Shown one piece after another: positions 7,651 through 14,742 of a stretch of 54,209 nucleotides of DNA (within the stretch, counting starts at the first letter, position 1; every line of letters begins with the position of its first letter). The notes below the pieces were generated by a model, which saw nothing but the letters and a program-made list of their open reading frames with translations, was not told the origin of the DNA and made no database searches. The position numbers and the translations under genes were made by a program. Origin of the DNA: a virus (lineage: Duplodnaviria > Caudoviricetes); the IMG/VR virus record IMGVR_UViG_3300008050_000051, positions 1-54,209 of that record. One strand, given 5' to 3'.

Positions 7651-7719
7651 AATTTTTTGTTTTTTGTTAGAGTAGAGTTTGGGTTGAGAGGGGGAGCGTA
7701 TACTCCCCCAGTGGAAATG

Positions 7720-8094
7720 TCATGCCTCGATTGATTTATCAGGGCTATTTTTGAGGCTTTCTTGGATTAGGGTATCAATTTTTTGGTCTAGTTCTTCAAG
7801 GTCAGATTGTGCGGAGGCTTCTGTGATTTCTGCGGACTGGATCAAGAGATTGATATTTTCGATCCACGCCTCATGTTTCTCGATTCGTGCTATTCCAGAT
7901 TGTGGACCGCTACCCAGGATCTTCTTAGCTTCCCGAAGATCCTTTTGGATTTCTTCCCGCTCATTCATTAGAGCGGTAACTTCTGGGTTATCCAGGGCTC
8001 CTTTTTTTGCTTGCTTTAGCTTTAGACGCTTCAAACGATTCTCAGTTTCAGCGATGATTTCAGCAGGCGTGCGGTGTTTTCTTGTTTCTTTCAT
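7720..8094 (-). CDS. coiled-coil hypothetical protein
   Basis: ORF track; heptad-rich; has its own promoter. Confidence 0.75.
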   Translation of the reverse strand: MKETRKHRTPAEIIAETENRLKRLKLKQAKKGALDNPEVTALMNEREEIQKDLREAKKILGSGPQSGIARIEKHEAWIENINLLIQSAEITEASAQSDLEELDQKIDTLIQESLKNSPDKSIEA

Positions 8095-8100
8095 GGGGAT

Positions 8101-8129
8101 AGTATATCACAGGGATAGGCGGGTGTCAA
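8101..8129 (-). promoter_or_regulatory. sigma70-type promoter, leaderless geometry
   Basis: TTGACA-17nt-TATACT-6nt-ATG(8094). Confidence 0.8.
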
Positions 8130-8158
8130 TGGAGAGGGTGCTATCAGTATGTAAAAGG

Positions 8159-8401
8159 TTATTCGTCAGAAACTCCGAAGACGGAATCCTGGCAGGATTG
8201 GCACATTCCAGAGATGGTGTACTCCTTCTCGGAGAGAGCATCACGGAAGGAGGTAGCGTTACCGCTACAGGTAACACAAGAAGCCTCCGCCACAGCACCG
8301 ATACGGGAAACACCCGTAAGTTTGGAGAGCATAGCCTCCACATCGGAGTTCTTGAAGGTAGCGGAAAGGCTGTAGGGGGCGGTGTTCTGATCGTCTTTCA
8401 T
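8159..8401 (-). CDS. small C4 zinc-finger-like protein
   Basis: CVTC...FRDALSEKEYTISGMCQSCQD; first ORF after the R3 promoter. Confidence 0.7.
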   Translation of the reverse strand: MKDDQNTAPYSLSATFKNSDVEAMLSKLTGVSRIGAVAEASCVTCSGNATSFRDALSEKEYTISGMCQSCQDSVFGVSDE

Positions 8402-8542
8402 GTTCTCCAGTATATCATATTATCGGCAGGATACCAGCCCCAGCAGAGGGGTATTTAGCTTTTCTTGCGGTCGTAAGTGCTTGTCCTGTATAGACTTAGG
8501 GCCTCGGCGCCGGGGCTTTGTGTAAAATCTGTGTAAAAAGCC
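8399..8542 (-). repeat. cassette junction repeat R3 (no terminator hairpin)
   Basis: Core 8474-8500; promoter TGGTAT-16-TATACT-7nt-ATG(8401). Confidence 0.95.
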
Positions 8543-8561
8543 TCCCCAAAATTTTTCAAGC

Positions 8562-8768
8562 CTAATCTTCAGAAAGATCCCAAACTTCGTACTCTTGCAA
8601 ATAAGCTTGCTCCGTATCAAGCTCTAGGATCTTCATGATAGCGGCATGGATGAGGGGATTTTGTTTCTGCCACTGAGCGGCATACTCATCATTCATCCAT
8701 GCCACGCCTTGCTCTAGGTCAAGTTGGTAAGCCGTTGAAAGCTCGTCTTGGATATCTCGTAAATTCAT
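8562..8768 (-). CDS. hypothetical cassette protein
   Basis: C-terminal part of track ORF 8562..9128; ATG 8768 lies directly after the upstream gene's stop. Confidence 0.6.
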   Translation of the reverse strand: MNLRDIQDELSTAYQLDLEQGVAWMNDEYAAQWQKQNPLIHAAIMKILELDTEQAYLQEYEVWDLSED

Positions 8769-8769
8769 A

Positions 8770-9150
8770 CTAAGCCTCTTGGTGCTTATCAGGGAAGGAA
8801 TCGAAATCAGGCTCATCATTGAACCCACACAGGAACAGCGCACGCTCCCAATCAGCGCACTCGACAGCCTTGATGAGATCGCCAAGCTTGCGAATAGAGA
8901 TGTAGCCAACCACATCTTGAGGAATGACCACAAAATGACAGTTGAACCTATCATTAGGCTTGTAGGAACTGTGCGACTCATCGTACATGATAGCCACTTC
9001 CATAGTCTTGGTGAAATCGGCCTCACCATCAAAGGGCAGGCTGTAGTTGTCGCAGTAGTGACCAGCACCAAGACCGAGGGAGAGGATGAAACGGTTATCG
9101 GTGCGAACGTGAAGGTTGCGACCGCCAAGGATTTTCATTGCAGTGTTCAT
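8770..9150 (-). CDS. hypothetical cassette protein
   Basis: ORF track; co-oriented and tightly packed. Confidence 0.65.
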   Translation of the reverse strand: MNTAMKILGGRNLHVRTDNRFILSLGLGAGHYCDNYSLPFDGEADFTKTMEVAIMYDESHSSYKPNDRFNCHFVVIPQDVVGYISIRKLGDLIKAVECADWERALFLCGFNDEPDFDSFPDKHQEA

Positions 9151-9165
9151 ATGTGTATTACGCCC

Positions 9166-9576
9166 TTACTTTAGTAGCTTTACAACCTTCTTCCAGTATT
9201 TTTCCGTAGCTTTTTTGGTGTGCCCCTTAGGGCCTCCATTGTGCATTCTGGCGCACTTCTCAGCATTGAACTTCTTAGGGTTGGTCCATGCCTCCCTAGC
9301 GTACCGCTTCATGTATGCATCTACGATGCGCTTTGCATAAGCCCTGCGGAAGCAGTCCTTGTAAGTGCCCCCGATCCCACTGCGCTCTGTAGCGTCCTGC
9401 CAGTAGGGTTTCCAGATTTGCAGGCAGCCTATGGCCTTACCATTATCACCCACGGCATCGTCACGCCCACTAGACTCTACTTGAATCAGAGCAGTCAGTA
9501 GCTTTTCCTGCTGAGGGGTATAGGTTTGTGCCCAGCAAGGAGTAGCGAGTAGGATCGTAGCAAGTAGGGTTTTCAT
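9166..9576 (-). CDS. secreted lysozyme-like muramidase with i-type (destabilase-like) motifs
   Basis: Signal peptide MKTLLATILLATPCWA; ALIQVESSG (catalytic Glu), GCLQIWKPYWQDA, ARMHNGGPKG. Confidence 0.7.
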   Translation of the reverse strand: MKTLLATILLATPCWAQTYTPQQEKLLTALIQVESSGRDDAVGDNGKAIGCLQIWKPYWQDATERSGIGGTYKDCFRRAYAKRIVDAYMKRYAREAWTNPKKFNAEKCARMHNGGPKGHTKKATEKYWKKVVKLLK

Positions 9577-9583
9577 GTTTTCT

Positions 9584-10192
9584 TTATCGTTTGTTATTTG
9601 CTCTAAGAGCTTCGAGATCAATATTTGCTGATCTGGCTGCGTTGTATGCGTCTCTGGCTGCGGCTGCGAATGCGGATTTGGATTCATTTGCGGCTGCAAG
9701 TCTGGCTGCGGCTTCGACTGCCTCATCGGCTGCGGTCATGTATGCGGATTCTGAACCATGTCGAGAGTATGCGTACGCGAATAAGGCTGCGTTTGCCTTT
9801 TCGGCTGCGGCTGTGAATGCGGATTTGGCTGCGGCTGCGTCTGCGGATTTGGCTGCGGCTGCGTCTGCGGATTTGGCTGCGGCTGCGTCTGCTGCGGCTG
9901 CGTCTGCTGCGGCTGCGTCTCCTGGCGCGTATGCGGCTGTGGTTTCTTCTTGAGTGCTGTCTCTGAGGCAGTCGAAGCCGCACACGCAGCGGCTGCTAAT
10001 TGTCTCGATCAGGTCCTGATCGAGACGGCGCTGGTCCTCCAGCCGTGTAATTCGGGCGTATGCGTCTCGTATCGCTGATCCGGCTACGGTGTATGCGTCT
10101 CTGGCTGCTTTGTATACGTCTCTGGATGCATTGTATACGTTAGCAATATGCCTCTCTTGTTCTTCCATGTTTTGCCTCTCTTGTTCTTTCAT
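9584..10192 (-). CDS. Ala-rich repeat protein (DAAAAKSA repeats)
   Basis: First ORF after the R4 promoter; internal tandem repeats. Confidence 0.65.
   Translation of the reverse strand: MKEQERQNMEEQERHIANVYNASRDVYKAARDAYTVAGSAIRDAYARITRLEDQRRLDQDLIETISSRCVCGFDCLRDSTQEETTAAYAPGDAAAADAAAADAAAAKSADAAAAKSADAAAAKSAFTAAAEKANAALFAYAYSRHGSESAYMTAADEAVEAAARLAAANESKSAFAAAARDAYNAARSANIDLEALRANNKR
9818..9919. repeat. in-frame tandem repeats, 3x24 bp plus 2x15 bp
   Basis: TGCGGATTTGGCTGCGGCTGCGTC x3 (9818-9889), TGCTGCGGCTGCGTC x2 (9890-9919). Confidence 0.9.
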
Positions 10193-10363
10193 GTTCTCCA
10201 GTATATCATATTATCGACAGGATACCACCCCCAGGAGAGGGGTATTTAGCTTTTCTTGCGGTCCTAAGTGCTTGTCCTGTATAGACTTAGGGCCTCGGCC
10301 CCGGCGAATTTTACACAAATTTTACACAAAGCCCCCGCTGTTACCAGCAGGGGCCTAATATAT
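10190..10363 (-). repeat. cassette junction repeat R4 (terminator + inverted TGTAAAA module + core + promoter)
   Basis: Core 10265-10291; promoter TGGTAT-16-TATACT-7nt-ATG(10192). Confidence 0.95.
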
Positions 10364-10381
10364 ATTCCGATTTATACTTTA

Positions 10382-10648
10382 TCAGAGATCCAAGAACCGT
10401 TGTCGAACTCGTCCTAAGATCCCGTTAGTAATATCCCCCCCTGCTGCATTATAAACTACTGCCTCCTGCTCTGGATCCCAGCTCATGGTAAGATCCCCAT
10501 TGTCTACCATAGCGGATAGCAATTGAGAAAGGGCGTACAAATGTAATTCCTCCCATTCCCTTATACACTCATCCCCTTCCTGGGGCTTGTATCCTGTGAG
10601 GAACGCCATTTCCCTTTCCCAAAATTCTATTCTTTCCTGAGTTGACAT
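10382..10648 (-). CDS. hypothetical cassette protein
   Basis: ORF track; TAATG coupling with upstream gene. Confidence 0.65.
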   Translation of the reverse strand: MSTQERIEFWEREMAFLTGYKPQEGDECIREWEELHLYALSQLLSAMVDNGDLTMSWDPEQEAVVYNAAGGDITNGILGRVRQRFLDL

Positions 10649-10833
10649 TATTTTTCCTCTTTATTATCCCAAGCTGGGGACATTTCTTTTAGTAGTTCTT
10701 TCTCGCATGGCACGCAGATTGCTAACCATGACCAATTATCCGATAGATGCCCAGAAGGGAATCTAAGGCCACAAGCATCGCACTCAACCAGGGGAGATAT
10801 TCCTAAATGGTTTTGGGGGTAGGTGCTTCTCAT
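10648..10833 (-). CDS. small Zn-finger-like protein
   Basis: CDAC...CVPC. Confidence 0.6.
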   Translation of the reverse strand: MRSTYPQNHLGISPLVECDACGLRFPSGHLSDNWSWLAICVPCEKELLKEMSPAWDNKEEK

Positions 10834-11073
10834 TTACTCATCCATCGAATCGCAGTAGGTATGAAAATAATCAAAAAATTCTGCATATTCATCCCACTCA
10901 TCCCCCCTTTCGAGATGCTGCTGTTCCTCAATTTTCTTCTGAGCTTCTTGGTCATCCTCCCAAAGCTGGTGTAGTAAATCCTTTACTTCGTCGGGATCAG
11001 GCGTTTCTTCCAACAGGTCTTGGATTTCGAGGTATTCATCTAGTAGGTCTGACGTTGCTTCTAGGTCTTTCAT
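10834..11073 (-). CDS. very acidic small protein
   Basis: D/E-rich; start reassigned to ATG 11073, 7 nt after the -10 TATGAT. Confidence 0.65.
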   Translation of the reverse strand: MKDLEATSDLLDEYLEIQDLLEETPDPDEVKDLLHQLWEDDQEAQKKIEEQQHLERGDEWDEYAEFFDYFHTYCDSMDE

Positions 11074-11208
11074 GTGTTTCATCATACTCTATTATCGGCA
11101 GGATACAAGCCCCAGCAGAAGGGTATTTAGCTTTTCTTGCGGTCGTAAGTGCTTGTCCTGTATAGACTTAGGGCCTCGGCGCCGGGGCTTTGTGTAAAAT
11201 CTGTGTAA
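11071..11208 (-). repeat. cassette junction repeat R5 (no terminator hairpin)
   Basis: Core 11146-11172; promoter TTGTAT-16-TATGAT-7nt-ATG. Confidence 0.95.
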
Positions 11209-11224
11209 AGGTATTAGGGTATCT

Positions 11225-11479
11225 TTACCATCTCCCCCCAGGAGGAAGGTCGGACTCATCAACTCTAGTGGATAGGGGCGAATCAAACCAGAGAACAGAT
11301 CGCCCAATTTTTATACGTTGAGCTATTCGCTCGATGTGCTCAGGAGTTACTCCCCCCTGGCAATCGGCGCATTCATCGAAGGCAGATCTAAGCTCGACAG
11401 TATCCACTACGCCACAACGGCTAGCGGTTCTTACAGCGGTCAGGAAAGCACGGTAGGGGCTGGGCTTGTTTTCTTTCAT
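11225..11479 (-). CDS. hypothetical cassette protein
   Basis: Start reassigned to ATG 11479, 7 nt after TATAAT. Confidence 0.6.
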   Translation of the reverse strand: MKENKPSPYRAFLTAVRTASRCGVVDTVELRSAFDECADCQGGVTPEHIERIAQRIKIGRSVLWFDSPLSTRVDESDLPPGGRW

Positions 11480-11579
11480 GTGTTTCATTATAATATACTT
11501 ATCGACCAGATGTAAGCCCCAGGAGAGGGGTATTTAGCTTTTCTTGAGGTCGTAAGTGCTTGTCCTGTATAGACTTAGG
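11477..11579 (-). repeat. cassette junction repeat R6 (core plus promoter half only)
   Basis: Core 11553-11579; promoter TTACAT-17-TATAAT-7nt-ATG. Confidence 0.95.
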
Positions 11580-11608
11580 ATCGAGCCACCGGAAAATATC
11601 GCGTGAAT

Positions 11609-11759
11609 GGGACTCCTATGTACGGCTACGCGACCTATAGATACCAATACAATATATTCAAGGGACTCCAAAAAAAATTCAAACCTACTTAAAAAAATTC
11701 AAACCTACTTAAAAAAATTCAAACCTACTTAAAAAAAATTTTAAAAAAGTTGGGACTCC
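11609..11759. repeat. 3x20-bp tandem AAAAAAATTCAAACCTACTT (11671-11730) with three GGGACTCC boxes
   Basis: GGGACTCC at 11609, 11662 and 11752; lies at the divergence point between cassette array and late genes. Confidence 0.9.
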
Positions 11760-11782
11760 TTTGAAACTCCCCTAACTATAGT

Positions 11783-12571
11783 ATGAGTAAATTCGGAAAA
11801 ATACCTAGTAACTTCCTATTTGGCAACCCAAATGCACTTTCTGTACCCACACCTGTAGCACAACAAGTAGGTATGGGAGCTAATGTTCAACAAGGTCCGA
11901 CAGGAGGCACGATACCTCCATACATTCAAAGATACACCTACCGCAAACCTAATATAGATTTTTTCTTCTCGGATTTTGAGGTAGAGTTTAATCAATCCCA
12001 TTTAACCCCTGTGAGGATAGAAATATCCACCCCCATGGAGATCACAGAAACAATTGATTTTGAATTGGATTCTAATCAACAGCCTATGGGGTATGGGTGG
12101 GTTCTGAGAGGTCGCCAGAGTAGTGGACTGCCTCCTCTTATAATATTAACCCAACCAGGAGACCCAACTATGAAAGAGTTACGAGAACAGGCTCATCAAG
12201 GGGATGTTCCTGGAGATGTAACCACAACCATAAATGTTAGTAGGCCAGGGGAATTTTCACATAGTCATTTACAGTTTTGGCCTGTAGCTTTTAAAGAAGT
12301 TTGGGGGACGGGGGTAATAGGACATCAAGGCTACAATGACCAGCACTCATTCATTGTGTCCCACATTCTTCAAGATGATCCAGCGGGTAGTGTTAGTTTT
12401 TCCCTTACGGATCCATCGGTTATATCAAGTTTTGTTGGAACAGGGGTGGTTAGGCTTGATTTTTCTTTATACCATTCAGGGTATATTCCAGATTTATACA
12501 GTAGCGTTGGGGCGTGGCTAGTTAGATTTCAGTTTGCTTGTCCTATTACGGTTACTTATTACTATCAGTAG
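11783..12571 (+). CDS. hypothetical protein (possibly virion-associated)
   Basis: 262-aa ORF. Confidence 0.7.
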   Translation: MSKFGKIPSNFLFGNPNALSVPTPVAQQVGMGANVQQGPTGGTIPPYIQRYTYRKPNIDFFFSDFEVEFNQSHLTPVRIEISTPMEITETIDFELDSNQQPMGYGWVLRGRQSSGLPPLIILTQPGDPTMKELREQAHQGDVPGDVTTTINVSRPGEFSHSHLQFWPVAFKEVWGTGVIGHQGYNDQHSFIVSHILQDDPAGSVSFSLTDPSVISSFVGTGVVRLDFSLYHSGYIPDLYSSVGAWLVRFQFACPITVTYYYQ

Positions 12572-12625
12572 AAAAAATTGATATTTTCTACTAACTAAGA
12601 ACCTAGATAACTCGGAGGTATCCCT

Positions 12626-13006
12626 ATGCCTGAAAAACCGATGATCAATGAAAAGGGCTACATTGATGTTAACGCTGCTCTTAAGCTGAAAGCAGCGGAT
12701 GGCCGAGTAGAAGTTGAGAAATTAAATGCAGAATCTGATGCTAAATTTCGAGAACTTATAATAAAAGAAAGTGCGAAAGAAACTGCTTCAAAACATTTAG
12801 CAAAGTTTGCAGGATTTTACTTAACTTTTTTGGTAATGGCATTTATTATATCTATTAAATTTATTCCTGTAGAAAGTATTGCTGTGGTAGCTGGTCTTAT
12901 TACACTTGTTGTAACCAATCTTTCAACTATTCTTAAAGGCATTGTTGAGAACGGGGATCCAAAAGAAGAAGAGATTTTGGACAAAGTTAAAGAGCGGGGT
13001 AAATGA
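12626..13006 (+). CDS. two-TM membrane protein (holin-like topology)
   Basis: GGAGG SD; two hydrophobic helices and a charged C-terminus; function uncertain. Confidence 0.6.
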   Translation: MPEKPMINEKGYIDVNAALKLKAADGRVEVEKLNAESDAKFRELIIKESAKETASKHLAKFAGFYLTFLVMAFIISIKFIPVESIAVVAGLITLVVTNLSTILKGIVENGDPKEEEILDKVKERGK

Positions 13007-13152
13007 ATTCCTTTTGGGTAAACTGACGAAAAAAAATAAAAAGTATACTAACAAAGGCTCTAAATACTTTAGTAAAGTAGCACTTGTGCGAAAGAAGGTT
13101 AAAAACTTCTTAAGGTTAGAAACTAAAAGGAAACACAGTAAAAGGATAAACC

Positions 13153-13320
13153 ATGAGTAAAGAAAGAATCAGAGATAGAGCAGTAGCTAAATTAGCTAGA
13201 GCAAAAAAAGGTCATGCTAGGAGGCTTCGACGCAAGCTTGGATTAGATGTTGCGGTGCCAGCAATCGTATCTACGGTAGTGAAGACCGTTTCAAAAAGAA
13301 AAGTATCTAAGAAAAAATAG
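13153..13320 (+). CDS. small highly basic protein
   Basis: AAGGA SD; MSKERIRDRAVAKLARAKKGHARRLRRKLG...SKKK. Confidence 0.55.
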   Translation: MSKERIRDRAVAKLARAKKGHARRLRRKLGLDVAVPAIVSTVVKTVSKRKVSKKK

Positions 13321-13374
13321 ACCAACGGCAGGGGAGGCCAGTTGCGCCTTTCTGCGGTAGGAACTTCGCAACCG

Positions 13375-13403
13375 CTCCTCATCAGTAATGATGAGGAGTT
13401 TTT
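13375..13403 (+). terminator. intrinsic terminator
   Basis: CTCCTCATCA-GTAA-TGATGAGGAG-TTTTT. Confidence 0.8.
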
Positions 13404-14016
13404 ATACTTGCTTAATTACCCAGCCGCTTAGATGTTGTACACCCCCAACCCTATTTGCAAACTCATGACGGTGATTTCCATCCATAAGTTCTAGTAGTCC
13501 CTCTGGGGTTTCATATATCAAAACATCGTCTTGCTTTTCTACACTCCATTCGCAGTCTTTTATAGGGCGTACTGGTTGTAAGTATCTTATAATCTGGTTT
13601 AGAGGAATGCACGCTTCGTATCTCATTTCGAAAATAGGCTTATTTAGGGTAACACCTAAACGATACTCCTGATCCGCTTTCTTATCATTCCTCCAATTGC
13701 CTACACATAGGATGTAGCTGCACTCTTGGATGATTTTGTAGATGAAATCGTCACTTTTATTGAATCCATGTTCAATTTTTAGATTCATCACACGGTAATG
13801 CTCTTCGGTTTCTCGTTTAATTTTGTGATCAACGAGCCCATCTATACGGGATTTTAGGTATCTTCTACATTCGTGGAGCAAGTCTAGATCTTCTTTTGAT
13901 CCGATTCCAAAAATAGTAACAGTATTTCTAATCAGATCGTTGAAATCTTCGTTTGTGGGGTGCGGCCAACGATTTCTTTTGTTTTCGCCTCCTGTATATC
14001 CAACAAGGTTACTCAT
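13402..14016 (-). CDS. protein with C-terminal ParB/Srx-like motif
   Basis: LELMDGNHRHEFA (DGxHR motif). Confidence 0.55.
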   Translation of the reverse strand: MSNLVGYTGGENKRNRWPHPTNEDFNDLIRNTVTIFGIGSKEDLDLLHECRRYLKSRIDGLVDHKIKRETEEHYRVMNLKIEHGFNKSDDFIYKIIQECSYILCVGNWRNDKKADQEYRLGVTLNKPIFEMRYEACIPLNQIIRYLQPVRPIKDCEWSVEKQDDVLIYETPEGLLELMDGNHRHEFANRVGGVQHLSGWVIKQV

Positions 14017-14017
14017 T

Positions 14018-14710
14018 CTATTCCTTTATTTCTATTGGGAAGTCGTTATTTTCAATAAAAGCTTCCCGATTCTTATGCCAAGAGTCTCTTCCCACTAATT
14101 CTCCTCTTGAGTTGTGGAAAATATTGATATCCATTACTTTATTTGTGAACCCTTTTAAAAATGCTTGTGTGGTATAATAAATATCATAAAAATCCCACTC
14201 CCCTTCGAAATATTCTGGCTTCTCTAGGCCCACTGCCTCCAGAACATTCTTTTTGGCTGCTAGGAACAACCCATCTAGGGCTACTACATCTCCTGGAGGC
14301 CCGTAGGGAGTTTGGTACTCCCTTCCCTGCGGGTCAATGTGGGTTACCTTACCTTTGTGCTTGGCCTGTTGCCATCGAGTTTGATCCCACCAGACTGCAT
14401 CAGGCCCTAAGCAGGTAGTTCCTGCTGCTCCAACGAACCCTACTTCTGGTGAAGAGAATATATTTTTTAATTTTCCAACAAATTCAATAGGATCTTCCCT
14501 TATTTCAACATCATCATGACAAAAAATCATAATATCGTCTTCAGTAGGGTTAATATGGTTATATGCACCGTAATAAGCAGAAAATATGGATTTAGCGTTC
14601 GAAAGAATTAATATTTTTATTCTTGCCGAGCATAAGAAACTCATTAATTTATCTGTAGTCTCAGATACGTTGTTTCTATCTCTAGTACATACTATAGCAT
14701 AAATGTTCAT
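14018..14710 (-). CDS. GT-A fold glycosyltransferase (family-2-like)
   Basis: IFCHDDVEI (DxD-type), VGFVGAAG, VVALDGLFLA, WDFYDI. Confidence 0.8.
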   Translation of the reverse strand: MNIYAIVCTRDRNNVSETTDKLMSFLCSARIKILILSNAKSIFSAYYGAYNHINPTEDDIMIFCHDDVEIREDPIEFVGKLKNIFSSPEVGFVGAAGTTCLGPDAVWWDQTRWQQAKHKGKVTHIDPQGREYQTPYGPPGDVVALDGLFLAAKKNVLEAVGLEKPEYFEGEWDFYDIYYTTQAFLKGFTNKVMDINIFHNSRGELVGRDSWHKNREAFIENNDFPIEIKE

Positions 14711-14742
14711 ATACTATAATATATAGATACAGGCTAGTTTTT

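Noticed and set aside
8420-8620. Track ORFs running through junction repeats (8420..8620, 10089..10358, 11092..11307)
   Set aside because: They translate the regulatory repeat itself and overlap promoters and real genes
7751-9501. Plus-strand ORFs 7751..8458, 8779..9174, 9116..9340, 9220..9501
   Set aside because: Antisense to promoter-supported minus-strand genes; no motifs
9577-9726. Gln/Pro-rich N-terminal extension of the lysozyme ORF
   Set aside because: Overlaps the upstream Ala-rich gene; ATG 9576 gives a clean signal peptide
9591-9983. Arg/Ser-rich ORF 9723..9983 and antisense ORFs 9591..9953, 9625..9816
   Set aside because: Alternative-frame shadows of the low-complexity Ala-codon repeats
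5920-11579. CRISPR array interpretation of the six 27-bp repeats
   Set aside because: Intervals are 0.4-1.8 kb and contain whole genes with promoters; no cas operon
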